Source of the DNA: Azolla caroliniana
Lineage: Eukaryota; Plantae; Polypodiophyta
DNA length: 64,000 nt
Reading direction: 5' to 3'
NCBI GenBank assembly: GCA_043228905.1
Contig: JBHGNT010000014.1
Location: 7,440,001 to 7,504,000, forward strand
Shown here: positions 24,801 through 37,784 of the stretch, piece by piece
Layout: every line of letters starts with the position of its first letter
How positions within the stretch are numbered: the stretch's first letter is position 1
Made by a program: the position numbers and the translations under genes
Notes under the pieces: model-generated
What the model was told of the DNA's origin: nothing
Databases searched by the model: none
Seen by the model: the letters and a program-made list of their open reading frames with translations, nothing else

Positions 24801-27281
24801 CCCTCTCCCCGAAGTCGGCGATGACCTCGTACATCTTTTCTGAATTAACCGGAATCGTCTCCGATCTTCGCTAAGGCCTTCTTTGAACACCTTCTTTAAT
24901 TCCCCCAAGGTGTCGTCGAAAGAGCGCCTCCACGGCTCCACCAATCTCATCTTCGAGGCCTAGGACCCTGTACGCCCCGAGACGTTCCTCTGTCCGTTTC
25001 TTCTCCCAGCCGCTAATGCCAGTTATCGTACAACCTCCATTGTCAGAGAACCAAAATTTCCTATCTATTGTATAGGGCTTCCTTCCTATGGTACACGTGT
25101 GGGGTGTTTCTAGGGAGTCCGGACTATCGCGGCCCCACGCCTTGATAGCCCTTTCGCCGCCGAGGGTTTCGCGGTTGCGCTCATGGTTCGGTTGCACCGT
25201 CAGAAACTGGACAAATTGTCACCCATCTTGACTCTTCACGCGCACATACGCCGAACCATTATCTAGCACTTTCGTCTCCATGCATGCTGCTGTAATGTAC
25301 GGTTCTCCGAGTATCACTGGGTGTGAGGATGTCTCCTGCACTAAGAAGTGTTGGTCAATCTCGACATCACCGATTTTTACCCATACATTTGGGCATGCCC
25401 CATGTAGCTCCTCCGTGGTGCACGTCGCTGCTCGTATTTTCCACCCATGCTTGGTGTTGATCGGCCACTTGCCCTTCTTGTAGAAGTCCACAGACATCAG
25501 GTTGATTTCCGAACCGTGGTCTACCAATGCCACCACTAGCTCCTGGACGTCCCTGATCCTAACTGGGGTCTCCGTAGTGGCTCTTGCCCAGTGCAGCTTT
25601 GAGTAGTGGCTCTCCACCAACTCGTCTTCCAGGGCCATGTCTTCTAGGTGTGTTGTTCGCACCTCCACCGGCTTCTCCGGCTCCGGCTCCTTCGAAAGCC
25701 TTTTTCACTTCACCAAGTACACGATGGAGTCATGGAATTCTTTCTTGGCGATCCCAAACACTTCCCTCAGTGAGAGCTCCACCTTGCTGTCGAGGATTCG
25801 TTCCTCAAAGGACCTTCCGCAGGTCCGTCGTTCTTTCTATCTTGGTGCTCAACCGGTAACCGGCTTTCTTTGCTTTATCCGGTGTGCCGGCAGCACCAAC
25901 GTCATTTTGCTTCGGCCTAAACCGGGTCTCGTACTGCTACGAGGGTCCAGCCCCTCCGGCCTTTCCCACACGCTTGTCTTCTACCAGAACCTCGTAGTTC
26001 TGGCACGCGGCTTCCATGAAGCCGGTTTTTTCTTCAACCGGATCGCTCCACCCGCTGACCTCCTGGACCCTTCTTTCCGCACGATCCGCTTCCTCCCTTC
26101 TCAACTGCACACCGGTGAGGCCTTCTAGCACTACCGGCCAGAACCCGGAGTCTTTCGTCTTTCGGCCTTCGTCACTCCCGACCCCAATTTCTGCCGACGC
26201 TGAGTAGTAGTGGATGGTCTCCGCGTGGCGCGCCGCCGCTTCTTCCATCAACCTCTTCATTCCTCCCCGTTCGATATTCAGCTCCAAGGCTCTCCGGATC
26301 TCGCTAGCGTGCACCCTTCCGTTCCATAGGTACACCACATTGGCCCTTATTGCTTTGTGAAGTCCACACAGTCCTTCCGAATGTGACCAACCGCGTCACA
26401 CCACAAGCATCGATGCCCACCCGGAGGCCTTCGGTCGTGAGCCTGCTCGCCGCCGTCCCTCCTCGCTTGTGCAATCTGGACATCTCGTACCATCTGCGTC
26501 AGCTCTTCCAGAGCCACTCCGTCGGACAAGCCCTTGAGCACACCAGGTGAGCCTGTCTCAAGCCAATCCCGGGTTTCCTCCTTACGCGCCGGCGGGGGTC
26601 CCTTGAGTTTTCTTGCTGCAACCGCTCCTGCCCCCGACGAGCCCTTGTCGACCCACTCACGCCGTTTGTCAAAACGGCTGTAGACCCCTTTTACCACGGC
26701 CCAGTCGGCTGTCAGCCCATCTTTCATCTCTAGCAAGAGACCCACTTGCTCCCGATCCCGCACGTCCACAACTTTGACGAATACAAGGACATGGCTCGTG
26801 TTCAGTACGGTCCTGTCCAATGCCGAAAGACGTGCAAAGCATTCTTCAAACTCCCGGAGGAGCGCCGACACATTCCTCCCCTTTCCTGGGGTCTCTACCC
26901 AATCCATAAAGTCCCGCTTCAATAACCGAAGTGTGTCATCATGCCCGTACTGCTCGAGGAGCCGCGCTTCGAATTCCCCCCCAGGTTCGGCATCCAGCCT
27001 GCACCTCGAGCACCTCTGCGTGGATGCCCGGTGTTGCTACCCGAGGGAACCCAACCAAACGCCTCTCCTCCGGGATGTCCCTCTTCACCATTTCGGTCCA
27101 GGTAGGCCACCAAATAACTTGTGGCGTCCTTCCCATCGAACCGGCCTATTGCGTCGACAATTGCTTCAATCGCCCTATCAAGGGTGCCCATGCCCTCGCG
27201 AGCACTTACTATCCGATCGACTGTTGCCACCATGGCTTCAGCGAGATTTGGCCCCCTCATTTTCGATTCCTCTGTCGCCTT

Positions 27282-27297
27282 GATTCACGTCGGGTTC
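27282..27297 (-). promoter_or_regulatory. Truncated PBS, tRNA-Trp
   Basis: The plus strand GATTCACGTCGGGTTC matches the plant tRNA-Trp 3' end but lacks ACCA. Confidence 0.75.
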
Positions 27298-27888
27298 CTC
27301 ACGCCTTGGACCACGGGGGCCCTGAACCGAGGAGCGTGAGGGAGCAAAGGGAGAGAGATTTGCAAGAACGTAGGGAGACAGAAACGAAAGAATCAATTCC
27401 AATAACAACATAAATTATAGAGCTTGCAATGTTACAACCGCCCAACCGGTGATAGACTCAACACATACGAACACACGTGGTGGAGCCTCTACCGAAAGCA
27501 AGCGCGCTTACATGCAGCAGAGGCAGCCAACCTAACCCACAATCCCTATAGAAATAACAACAATGGTGGAGGAGAGAGCTCGGTTCCTAGTCCGACAACA
27601 CTTCGTCCTCTCAAAACGCGCGATCCCCACTCAGCCTCTTTCCCTCTCCCTTTATAGCACAAGGAGAGAGAGCCGTTACAGACATGTTACATCACTTTTA
27701 TTTTCTGTCCTTTCGGACAGAGATCCTCTTCGATTCCCTACCTAATGAATTCGTGCTACCTAGGATAGTTACATCGTCGACCTGTACTACTTAACCATGT
27801 AAACATATCAAAACATGTGCCCATGTGTAAGGGCCGGTTCACGCACACTATCCATTGATTCCTGCTAGGGACGGTTTTCTCCACGACA
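27298..27888 (-). repeat. 5' LTR of element C (U5 end deleted)
   Basis: Matches 20715-21326. Confidence 0.88.
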
Positions 27889-28013
27889 ACGTGCACAATA
27901 ACGTGCTAACATACATGTATAACCATCACTCCTTTCATACGTGTGCACATTGCACCTTCTCGATTTTGTCCATTCCACGCGATTTTCACACCGTTTCCGA
28001 AATCTTCATGACA
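27889..28013 (-). repeat. Right part of the E-related LTR remnant
   Basis: Ends in ...CATGACA (TGTCATG on the minus strand) and adjoins copia B LTR sequence. Confidence 0.55.
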
Positions 28014-28132
28014 ACGGGAGCCCACAAACTCTAACTATCACTCTAAGAGTAAGGGTACAATGACAGACTTAGAGGCAACCACCTCGAGCTCTATCTTTGC
28101 CTACTAGCGGTTACAACAGAACAACTTCCTGT

Positions 28133-28197
<65 letters not shown>
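28014..28197 (-). repeat. Copia B LTR fragment with (CT)n microsatellite
   Basis: Reverse complement resembles 14667-14872 and 43300-43460. Confidence 0.65.
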
Positions 28198-28202
<5 letters not shown>

Positions 28203-28269
28203 TTTGGTGAAAACACACAATTATATTAATAAATATGTGTAAAAAACACTACTTACAATGGGTGTGACC

Positions 28270-28552
28270 TGTTACACTTCCGTGTTCCTCTAGTAGCTTT
28301 GATGTGAACCATTTTCCCTATACATGGGCACTTTTTACTCTAGTGCTGGCTAGAGGTTTTTTCCCCATGTTACCACATACATGAGTCACTCATATGTGGT
28401 GGTACTTAGTACTTAGGGATATATATTTCAGCTCCTATTTTTTTTAGGAACATTCATCAATAGAGAGCTATTCCAGCCATTGCCTTCCTTGTGTGAGTGC
28501 TTCTTTCTTTGAGCTTCTTGTGTGTTTCCCACTCTTCCTCACATACCCAACA
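28270..28552 (+). repeat. 5' LTR of copia D
   Basis: TGTTAC...CCAACA, 283 bp. Confidence 0.95.
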
Positions 28553-28553
28553 G

Positions 28554-28566
28554 TGGTATCAGAGCC
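28554..28566 (+). promoter_or_regulatory. PBS, tRNA-iMet
   Basis: TGGTATCAGAGCC. Confidence 0.92.
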
Positions 28567-28838
28567 AAGTTCTTCATCCTCTCCATCTTCGGTTGTCCGC
28601 ATCGCGGTGTCGCGGCGCGCGCGCACTTTTCATTGTGCAAATCAACTTCCGAATATAGAGAAGTGTATTTCAGCACTTGGAGCGCATTTTCAGCAGGTAC
28701 CCTGCTGTTTTACCCCCATTTCGAAGCCGTTCGTGTAGTCGAAATCGTCATCCGAGTGATAGTTTGTGAGCTGCATTTTCAGCACTCATTTCCGATTTGT
28801 TGAGGTAATATTTTACCACTTTCTTGTTCTTTGGTAAA

Positions 28839-31800
28839 ATGGCAAACAATGGTGATTTGTTTGGCATGCTTCAAGCTGAAGATAAGCTTGATGGGACAAA
28901 CTATCCAATGTGGTCCTACATGATGAAACACGTTCTTGTTGCCAAACAACTATGGAACATAGTGGTAGATGTAGATCGACGCCCCGCCGGTCCTACTACT
29001 TCACAGTCTACTATCACAGATACAGGTTCATCTTCGAGCACAGTGACTTCATCTACTCCACCAACACAAGAGCAACTTAGATGGGATGGAAAAGATGCTC
29101 AAGCTCATGCATTGATTGCACTTTCTGTGAAGCGTCATATAGTTCCACATATTCGGTCATGCTCTACGTCCAAACAAGCATGGGACACTCTTGCTTCGTT
29201 GTATGCCGTGCGTAACGAAGCACGTGTTGCATATTTGAGAAAGCAACTTGAGGATGTATATATGGCTGAAAATGAGTCGGTAGATGTGTATGTGACACGC
29301 ATTAAAGATTTGAAAGAGTAATTGGCAAACATTGATGAGATCATTTCGAATACATCACTTGTCTCTACGTTGTTGAAAGGATTACCCGAATCTTTTCAAA
29401 GCTTTGCTACTACTATTCGTTTGGTTGCAAAAGGGAATACGGATATGTACGCATTTGATGAGGTTGTGTCTCTTCTTTTGCAAGAAGAACAATCTAGAGT
29501 GAATAGAAGTGGTTTGATAGAGGGAACACAAGCACTTGCTATCTCACAAAAAGGAAAAGGCAAGCATGGTTCAGCTTTTGGTTCTTCAAAACCAAAGCCT
29601 CAACCTCCCTCTTTCACTTATTCCTCTAATGATGGTGATTTGCAAAAGAAGAAAAAATGCAAATATTGTCGAAAGGTTGGCCATACGATTGAAGAATGTA
29701 GAAAGCTTGTTAAGCGCAATGAGAAGAAGAAGGAATCCGGCATGACCATTTCTGAAAATGTTTCAAGTGCAAAGAGTGATGAGGCCAACATGGCTCAAGA
29801 TTATTGGGCATGTGTTGTTACATATCATTATGATGCATCATTGCACTCTAAATGTATGGTTGTAAGTGAGATTGATTCGGATTGGTTCTTTGATAGTGGT
29901 GCTTCAAAGCACATTACTTCATGCAAAAGTTTTTTTGCATCCTTGAAAGATGCACCCAAAGGTGGACATGTGGTGTGTGCAAACAATGCCTCTTATCCTA
30001 TCATTGGAGTAGGAGAAATTGAGCTTTCGGCTGCAAATGGAGGTGTTGTCATCTTAAAGAATGTATTGTATGTGCCCGGTATCAAGAAGAACTTAATTTC
30101 GGTTCCTTTGATTGCCAAAGCCGGACTTCATGTACATTTTGTTGATGATAAGTGCATGGTTCACGATTATAGCAATGGTGATGTTATCGTGATGTCCGGT
30201 ACATTATGCAATGGCTTGTACCGTTTAGATACATACAAGAGGGCTTCTCTAAATGCCTTGGCTGTACATACTTCTTCCATGGCTGAAATGGAGCTTTGGC
30301 ATGCTCGTTTTGGTCACTTGAACTTCAATAGTTTGCTTCACTTGCAAAAGAAGGATATGGTTATTGGGTTGCCTACACTTGAGTCCATTGAAAAACATGC
30401 ATGTGAAGGTTGCATTCTTGGAAAAATGCATCGTGCTTCTTTTCCAAAAGATAGTCATACACACACTACAAGAAAATTACAACTTGTTCATAGTGATGTG
30501 TGTGGTCCTGTAAAGACTCCATCTTTTGGAAAGCATGTATATTTTGTTACCTTCATTGATGATGCTACTCGTCATACATGGGTGTATCCTATGAAAGCAA
30601 AGAATGAAGTCTTCTCTTGCTTCAAATCATTTTTAGCTATGGCTGAAAATTTTTCCGCAAATAAGCTCTTGACTCTACGCACGGATCGTGGTGGCGAATA
30701 TATGTCACATGAGTTTAATGCTTTTCTTTGTGAAAGAGGTATTTTACATCAATGTACGGTGCCATATACACCTCAACAAAATGGTGTTGCAGAACGTAAA
30801 AATAGAACACTCTTAGAGATGGCACGATGTATGGTTAAAGGAAAGCATCTTCCTAACAAGTTTTGGATGGAAGCGGTTATGTGTGCAAATTATGTGTTGA
30901 ATCGTTGCCCTACAAAAGCGTTGAGAGTCATTACGCCATATGAGGCTTGGAATGGACATAAACCTATGGTTAGTCATATGCGTGTGTTCGGTTGTTTGGC
31001 ATATGGTCTTGTGCCATCACAACAACGTCACAAACTTGATGACAAGGCAAAGAAATGCATATTTGTTGGTTATAGTGCGGAAAGTAAGGGATATCGTTTG
31101 TATCATCCATTGACGGACACAATTATTGTGAGTCGAGATGTGGTATTTGCTGAAAATTCAGCTTTCCCTTTTCTTGAATGCAAAAAACAACCAACAGTTA
31201 GCTCACAAGATGTGTTTGATACACTCATGCCTTTGTTCCAAAGTGCTGCGCTTGACCATGGACATGTAGACCAGCCAAGTGAGTCTCAAAGGGATAAAAA
31301 TTTCCAGCAAATAAGTGTTGAAAATGCACGAAATGTCCAACCAAATGTGGCTGAAAATGAGCATGAAATTCAGCCCACGCATGATGTACATATTGAAGAT
31401 GTATTACATAATGAACGTATGGCTATCGAGAGGTCACAAACTATGCCGAGGTGGCTGAAACAAACTTTGCAAGATAGCAAATTGAGTGCACCTTTACTTG
31501 GTAAAACAAGATCAAGCTCTCGCCATGCATCAGGTAATTTTGTGGATTATTCTATTGTTGCAATAGCATGTAATGAGGAGCCACTTACTTTTGAAGATGC
31601 ATGTGATGATCCACATTGGATGAGTGCTATGCAATCAGAAATGGATTCCATTCATAAAAATGGTACTTGGGAGTTATGTGAATTGCCAAAAGGAAAGAAT
31701 GTGATTGGTACTAGGTGGGTTTACAAGATTAAACGAAAGCCCGATGGTAGTATTGATCGCTACAAAGCTAGATTGGTTGCCAAAGGATATGCCCAACAAT

Positions 31801-33110
31801 ATGGCATTGATTATGAGGAAACTTTTGCACCTACTTCACGCATGACTACCATTCGTACCGTGGTTGCATTGGCTGCCCAAAGAGGTTGGAAAATGCACCA
31901 ATTGGACATAAAAACAGCCTTTTTAAATGGTGATTTGCAAGAAGAGGTTTATGTGAAGCAACCTCCTGGATTTGCTACGAAAGAGAAAGAGCATATGGTT
32001 TGTCGCTTGCATAAGGCCTTGTATGGTCTAAAGCAAGCTCCGCGTGCATGGTATGAAAAAATCCATAAGCACTTGATTTCTCTTAGCTTCACATGTAGTC
32101 CGATTGAAAGCACACTTTATGTACGCAAAGATGGGGCTGATCTTCTAGTGCTCGTTCTTTATGTTGATGACATACTCTTGACTGGGTCATGTGATGCAAA
32201 ACTCGATTTTCTTATGGCTGATTTGCAGCATACTTTTGAAGTCACTTATCTTGGTCTTTTGAGCTACTATCTTGGCATCCAGTTTGTATCCGTTGAGGGG
32301 GGAATGTTTATGCATCAAGGAAAGTATGTTGAAAAACTACTTCAGCGTTTTGACTTTGAGGATTGCAAGCCGGTTTATACACCTGTGGAGACAGGATTTA
32401 GGTTCTCTGTTGAGGATTCTAGTGATGCGTTTGATACTTCTCTTTATCAACAAGCTGTGGGATGTCTTATATATGCATGCAATACAAGGCCGGATATACA
32501 GTATGCAGTCTCCCAATTGAGTCGATTCATGCATAGCCCTGGCACTAAGCATTGGCAAGCAGTGAAACGTGTGTTCAGATATCTTAGAGGCACTTTGAGC
32601 TTGGGTCTCTTTTATGGCAGAGATACTCAGCCATGCTTGCATGCTTTTACAGATAGTGATTGGGCTGGTTGTTATGATACTCGCGTGTCCACTAGTGGTA
32701 ATTGCTTTTTCTTTGGAAACTCATGTATATCTTGGTTGAGTAAAAAGCAACCTACAGTGGCGACATCAAGTTGTGAAGCTGAGTACAGGGCAGTTTTCAC
32801 AGCTACAGTGGAGTGTATATGGCTAAGACGCCTTTTGATGGATCTTTGCATGGAGATTGAAGTTGCTACACGTATTCTCACAGATAGTCAGAGTGCATTG
32901 GCTGTTGCACGAAATCCTGTATTTCATGCACGGACCAAACACATTGAGGTGCATTATCACTATGTGAGAGAGCGCTTTCATGCAGGAGATATTGATTTGG
33001 TATATGTGCCTACACAAGATAACGTGGCAGACATATTCACCAAAGCTCTTCCACGAGAAAAGTTTGAAGCTTTTCGCAAAGCTTTAGGCTTATTGCCTTG
33101 TGGGGGCTGA
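28839..33110 (+). CDS. gag-pol: Copia Gag-Pol polyprotein (gag, zinc knuckle, PR, INT, RT, RNaseH) with one in-frame TAA at 29319-29321
   Basis: KLDGTNYPMW, CKYCRKVGHTIEEC, WFFDSGASKH, LVHSDVCGP, YTPQQNGVAERKNRT, LYVDDILL, FTDSDWAG and HARTKHIEVHYH, all in one frame. Confidence 0.93.
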
Positions 33111-33156
33111 TCTGTCACTCCTTGTACATGTTCACATCATTCGCTCCAGGGGGGTT

Positions 33157-33443
33157 TGTTACACTTCCGTGTTCCTCTAGTAGCTTTGATGTGAACCATT
33201 TTCCCTATACATGGGCACTTTTTACTCTAGTGCTGGCTGGCTAGAGGTTTTTTCCCCATGTTACCACATACATGAGTCACTCATATGTGGTGGTACTTAG
33301 TACTTAGGGATATATATTTCAGCTCCTATTTTTTTTAGGAACATTCATCAATAGAGAGCTATTCCAGCCATTGCCTTCCTTGTGTGAGTGCTTCTTTCTT
33401 TGAGCTTCTTGTGTGTTTCCCACTCTTCCTCACATACCCAACA
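33157..33443 (+). repeat. 3' LTR of copia D
   Basis: 287-bp copy of the 5' LTR. Confidence 0.95.
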
Positions 33444-33448
33444 TGACC

Positions 33449-34445
33449 ATGAAGTATGGTCACCCAATAACTACACTACATTACATGGGTAATGGAACAT
33501 GTTGAATTGCCAATAGGCAAGACGAACATTCCACCGAGGAAAGGATTTCCACTTGCTCCAATAAAGAAAATTGCCACATTAGTACTCCCTTCAACTTTCA
33601 TAGATATGCTTTCACTCCATGTCTACCATTGAATACAAAAGCATTGCTCATATTCCAATTATGACGCAATCCCCAATATCTCAAAAATAGAAAAACAATC
33701 TCCATCTTTGACTTTGGGTCCACCTATATAAATTGTGCAAACACCCACTGTCTAGATGTCAAATAACACCGTGATAAAACTTGCCAAATTTCAGAAATGT
33801 AACTCCAAATCTGAGAAGCAATCGGGCATTGTATAAATTGATGAGTACAATCATCCATTTGAACAGTGAAAAAAAAGGAATTACCCGTTGCTAATCCACA
33901 ACGCTTTAGAGCTAATCCCAAATGCAATCCTCCAATCAAAACTCTCCAAATGAAGACCTTTGCTACAAGTGGCAATTTAGAATGCCAACTACGTTGTAAG
34001 ATTTGCCACCACCCATGATGAGATTTGTGTAATCTCCATTCTTCTTCAGGCTTAGATGATAACCATCCAAGAGACTCAACAGAGCAATGATACAAAAGAT
34101 TAGTAGTCACTTGTAACAACGATGTTTGACCCTTTAAACACCAATCAAACCACTTTTACTCTCCTGTTTGTAGAGGTAAGGGACATTGCGTCAATGGAAT
34201 ATTTTGTAGTTGTTGCCAAATAAACCCATAATTATGCGGAATGTGTAATAATTGTCGTGCTTCAACAAACTCCAAAATTCTTTGAGATGGAGCCTCAACT
34301 ATATCTCCCACCTCTTTGACCCCCAAACAAAACAAACAATTAAATTGAGAGAGTAATCTCTCCTTTCCTGGCCAACATAATAACCGAGAAGATACAAGTA
34401 ACTCTTTTTGCAAAGAATTACAATGCTCTCTACTAGATGGCCCCA
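33449..34445 (-). mobile_element. LINE ORF2 C-terminal remnant (zf-RVT-like); its 3' end probably continues at 28198-28269
   Basis: W.SKLPLVAKVFIWRVLIGGL...DDCTHQFIQCPIASQIW matches the plant L1 zinc-binding pattern. Confidence 0.75.
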
Positions 34446-34499
34446 TCGTGGACCGAGGGTGGGATGTCTGAGTCGGAATCGACCTTCTCTGGAGGATAT

Positions 34500-35072
34500 G
34501 AAACTGAATTAACCTTCATAGTTGTGCGTGAGCATCCTGGCTCGCTAAATGTGATTGAGTAATTGCACCTTGAATCCAGTATTGGATTGTGCACCTTCAA
34601 CCACGATAGTCCTAAGAGGATCGTATGTCGAGCAGATCGTAGGATCCCACACGAAGCTCTAATGGGATTGTAGTTTGGGTAGTTTCTCTTGACGAGAGGA
34701 CACGCCCATCAATGGCTTCAATGGGAATGGGTTTTAAGAGGTAGACGACGGGACGTGTACCCCATGTGCTCGAGTGAATGCAACATCGATGAAGCAAGAA
34801 GGCGCTTCAAAATCAAGTAAAGCGACCAACTGAATGCAATTGGAATTAAAAGCAAGGCAAACCACCAATGTGATAGTCCCTGATGTTTCGGCAATAGAAC
34901 CACGAGAATGTGGGTGATGGGAGACTTCCAGTTGCATGGCTCCTACTACAACCAGACGATGTCATTTTCCGGATGCTGGGGTCCATTCGGTCGATGGAAT
35001 TGTGGGCGATTACTCCTTGGAGATGACCAGAGGCACACACCATTAACCCGCTAAAATTGTCGTTCGGCATCA
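34500..35072 (-). pseudogene. Ty3/gypsy aspartic protease remnant
   Basis: LVALLDFEAPSCFID, PIPIEAIDGRVL and LGLSWLKVHNP across frameshifts. Confidence 0.65.
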
Positions 35073-35188
35073 TGTTGCAAATAGTGCTCGGCCACAACCA
35101 AGTCATAATCATTCGATGGAAAAAATAGAAATAAAATAAGGATGAATGCACTTACACAGTCAAACAAGACGACACAAGATGTTTACGT

Positions 35189-35881
35189 TGTCGCGTGGCA
35201 CGCGACACACGTGCCAAACGTCAGAATGTGCGCGTCACAAGCGCGGACAAGCACCGGACCTCTATCCGCTAGTGGTTATGGATGATGGGCGGCTGAAGTG
35301 ACGCACTAATGTGGTTAGAGTGAGAGAGAGAGAGAAACAAAATTTGAGGAAGTTTTTAAGATAGATAGGTAGATAGATACACATCACCAATAAGATAACT
35401 AAGTATTCTTATTATTAATTTTCGATTTGATACATAGATTGATTCATAGATTGTTTGATTCATCCATTGATTGATCCCCCCCCATTACACAAGCCTTTCG
35501 AGGGTTTTTATAGGTTTATCTATCCTTCTAACATGCACAAAACCATGGGCTTGAACCCATGGTTTTCGGGCACACGGTTTTCCTTGTGGCATGCACAAAA
35601 CCATAGGCTAAAACCATGGTTTTGTGTACATGGTTTTGTATGTTTGTTTCCTATGGAATACTAAATATGAGAAGGAAATATACAAAATCTAAAGCACTTA
35701 GTAGTAGCTTTAGTGGTAAGATAATTGCTTCCTATCTTAGAAGTGCAAGGTTCAAATCTTGCTTGCACCCTTCTATATGCACTTGAATGTCATTAGACCC
35801 TAGACTAATTTTCATATTTATAATGTGTGTGAAGCCACACTATTTCACAATTTCTCCCATTGGACACAGAACATCACGACA
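35189..35881 (-). repeat. 3' LTR of element E
   Basis: 693-bp direct repeat with TGTCG...CGACA ends. Confidence 0.95.
35702..35770 (+). promoter_or_regulatory. Degenerate tRNA-like A-box/B-box module in the LTR (copy at 38325-38393)
   Basis: TAGCTTTAGTGG at 35705-35716 and GGTTCAAATCT at 35749-35759, at tRNA-like spacing. Confidence 0.5.
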
Positions 35882-36215
35882 TCCACCCCCACCAAACCGC
35901 ACATCCTCCGGCATGTGCCAAGAAGAAAAGAGTGATGTGGCGGAGTCAAAAGGTGGTTTGTCTTTGATTTCCTCCTTCCTTACGCGTTGTCCTTTGTCCT
36001 CCATTTTGAGTACATGCATTCCTTCCACCCGATCAACCATATCATTCGATCGCCTTTCGCATTTCCATGACCACTTGTCGTAGCCCCTTTTGCTCCTCTT
36101 GAGCGTAACTCTTCATGCATCGTACATGTGCCGCCTGCATCTTGCCCATCTCCTTGGTCATCAAACTTCCTCGGATCGTCTTTTCTCATCTTCTTATGCT
36201 TGCTTTTCCTCATGC

Positions 36216-37775
36216 TCAGAACATCAACACATCCCAAACCATCCTAATATTTTGTAGATTATCCTCAATACTATTAACTTTAATCCTATCCTTCCCACAC
36301 ATACTGACAACATCAACATCATCATGATACTCATCCCAAATAATATTTTCTAGATTTTCCATACTTATACCCTTGTAATCATTATGTAACCCCACGTCAT
36401 CATGGACATATTTTTGTAGACTGTCCTCATCATCACAAATCCCTATTCTATTTTCATAATGGATGTCCTCATGAATGTCACCATTTGATCTAGTGAAACT
36501 CTTATAAAATCTATCATGAAGAAAACCAAGGCAACCTAAAACACACAATTCCTCTTCATCACTCTCACCCTCATCATTACCCTTATCATAACCATATCCA
36601 CAAAAAGTGCACAACTTTTAACCATCATAACCCTCATTCTTCTCATGGCACTCACTCTCACCATCAATAATACACTCTCCCTTACTATCTTCAAGCCCTA
36701 AATCATCATCATCATTACGTTTAAATGTAAAGTTTTTATCCTTTCCTAACTTCTTCTCTTGTTCGTGGTTCTCATTAAACCTATCATACTTGTCATAAGA
36801 TTTTAAACCATGAAAGACTTGATCCCAACTATTCTCACCGTCACGACTTTCGTTGAGTGCTTTTTCATTAGCACAACCATGAAGAGCTTGATTCCTCCTC
36901 TTGTGTTCATAGTAATCTTTGTCACGATCATAACCTTGTAGATCTCGAGTAGTCTTTGTGAGTTTGTAATGATCTTTGTCTTTGTCATGACCGTGTAGAT
37001 CTTGATCGGTTTCCTCAAGCCCACGTTCTTTGTCAGATGTCTCTTCACCATTGCATCCTTGAGTATCTTCATCTTTCCTTACAAGCCCACTTTCTTCGTT
37101 GAAAGTCTCTTCATGACCGCATCCTTGAGTATCTTGGTCATTCCCCTCGAATTGATGTTCTTCATTGCTTGTCTCTTTATGATTGCATCCTTCTCGATCT
37201 TCCCTCTTGAGCCCACATTCTTCATCACATATCTCTTCACAATTGCATCCTTCTTTGATGCATCTCTCTCTTGTTTTGAGTTTGCAATGATCTTCATGAT
37301 GACCATAGGCATGTTGATCACATTCCCTCCCTTCAAGATTGCGTTCTTCGTCACATGTTTCTCTTTTGTCAAGTTTGCAACGATCCTCGCAACGACCATA
37401 GGCATGTTGATCTTGATATCTCTCTTCAAAGCCTTGTTCTTCGTCACATGTCTCTTCACGACTGCAACTACGTTGATCTTGATCATCTTCATTGTGGTCA
37501 CCATCGAGCAAACCATGAAAAGGTTGAGACCCGAAATTTGATGTTAGAACCGCTTCGTACAAATCCGGAACTTCTTGATATAGTCTTTCAACTTGATTTG
37601 CCATCTTGAGATACTCCAATGCTCTACCCTTTTCATCATGCAACATCATTTCGATGGCTTTCCTTACCAATGGAAGCATCTTGAGCCTCGGACCACCTTG
37701 TATTCTTATCGACTCCTCTATGTCGTATGCTACCAAGATCGCATCCTCCATTCGTAATGCCCCCCCCATAACCAC
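36216..37775 (-). CDS. Unknown acidic, Cys/His-rich repeat protein carried by element E (one in-frame stop at 36618-36620)
   Basis: 385-aa ORF plus an in-frame 132-aa continuation; repeats such as C..EETCDEE.GLE..DQD.HGY; begins just after the PBS. Confidence 0.6.
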
Positions 37776-37784
37776 CTTGTGTTG

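Larger units (their letters stand above)
20698..27888 (-). mobile_element. Full-length degenerate gypsy element C (tRNA-Trp clade), TSD ACGT
   Basis: LTRs at 20698-21326 and 27298-27888; ACGT at 20694-20697 and 27889-27892; gag, CLWCDAVGHIRKDC, VDHGSEINLMS protease, MPFLDDIP RT, RNaseH and INT. Confidence 0.92.
28270..33443 (+). mobile_element. Young full-length Ty1/copia element D (short LTRs, Ale/Ivana-like architecture), TSD TGACC
   Basis: LTRs 28270-28552 and 33157-33443 appear identical except for a 4-bp duplication; PBS 28554-28566; PPT 33148-33154; TGACC at 28265-28269 and 33444-33448. Confidence 0.97.

Noticed and set aside
29319-29321. Programmed stop-codon readthrough in copia D
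   Set aside because: The stop falls mid-gag before the zinc knuckle and lacks a CARYYA-type context; a C-to-T nonsense change is simpler.
35455-35664. Identical 69-aa ORF duplicated at 38078-38287
   Set aside because: It lies within the two LTR copies and is a chance ORF with a TTG start.
36803-37609. Alternative-frame and antisense ORFs over the element E ORF
   Set aside because: They are shadows of a repetitive, purine-biased frame.
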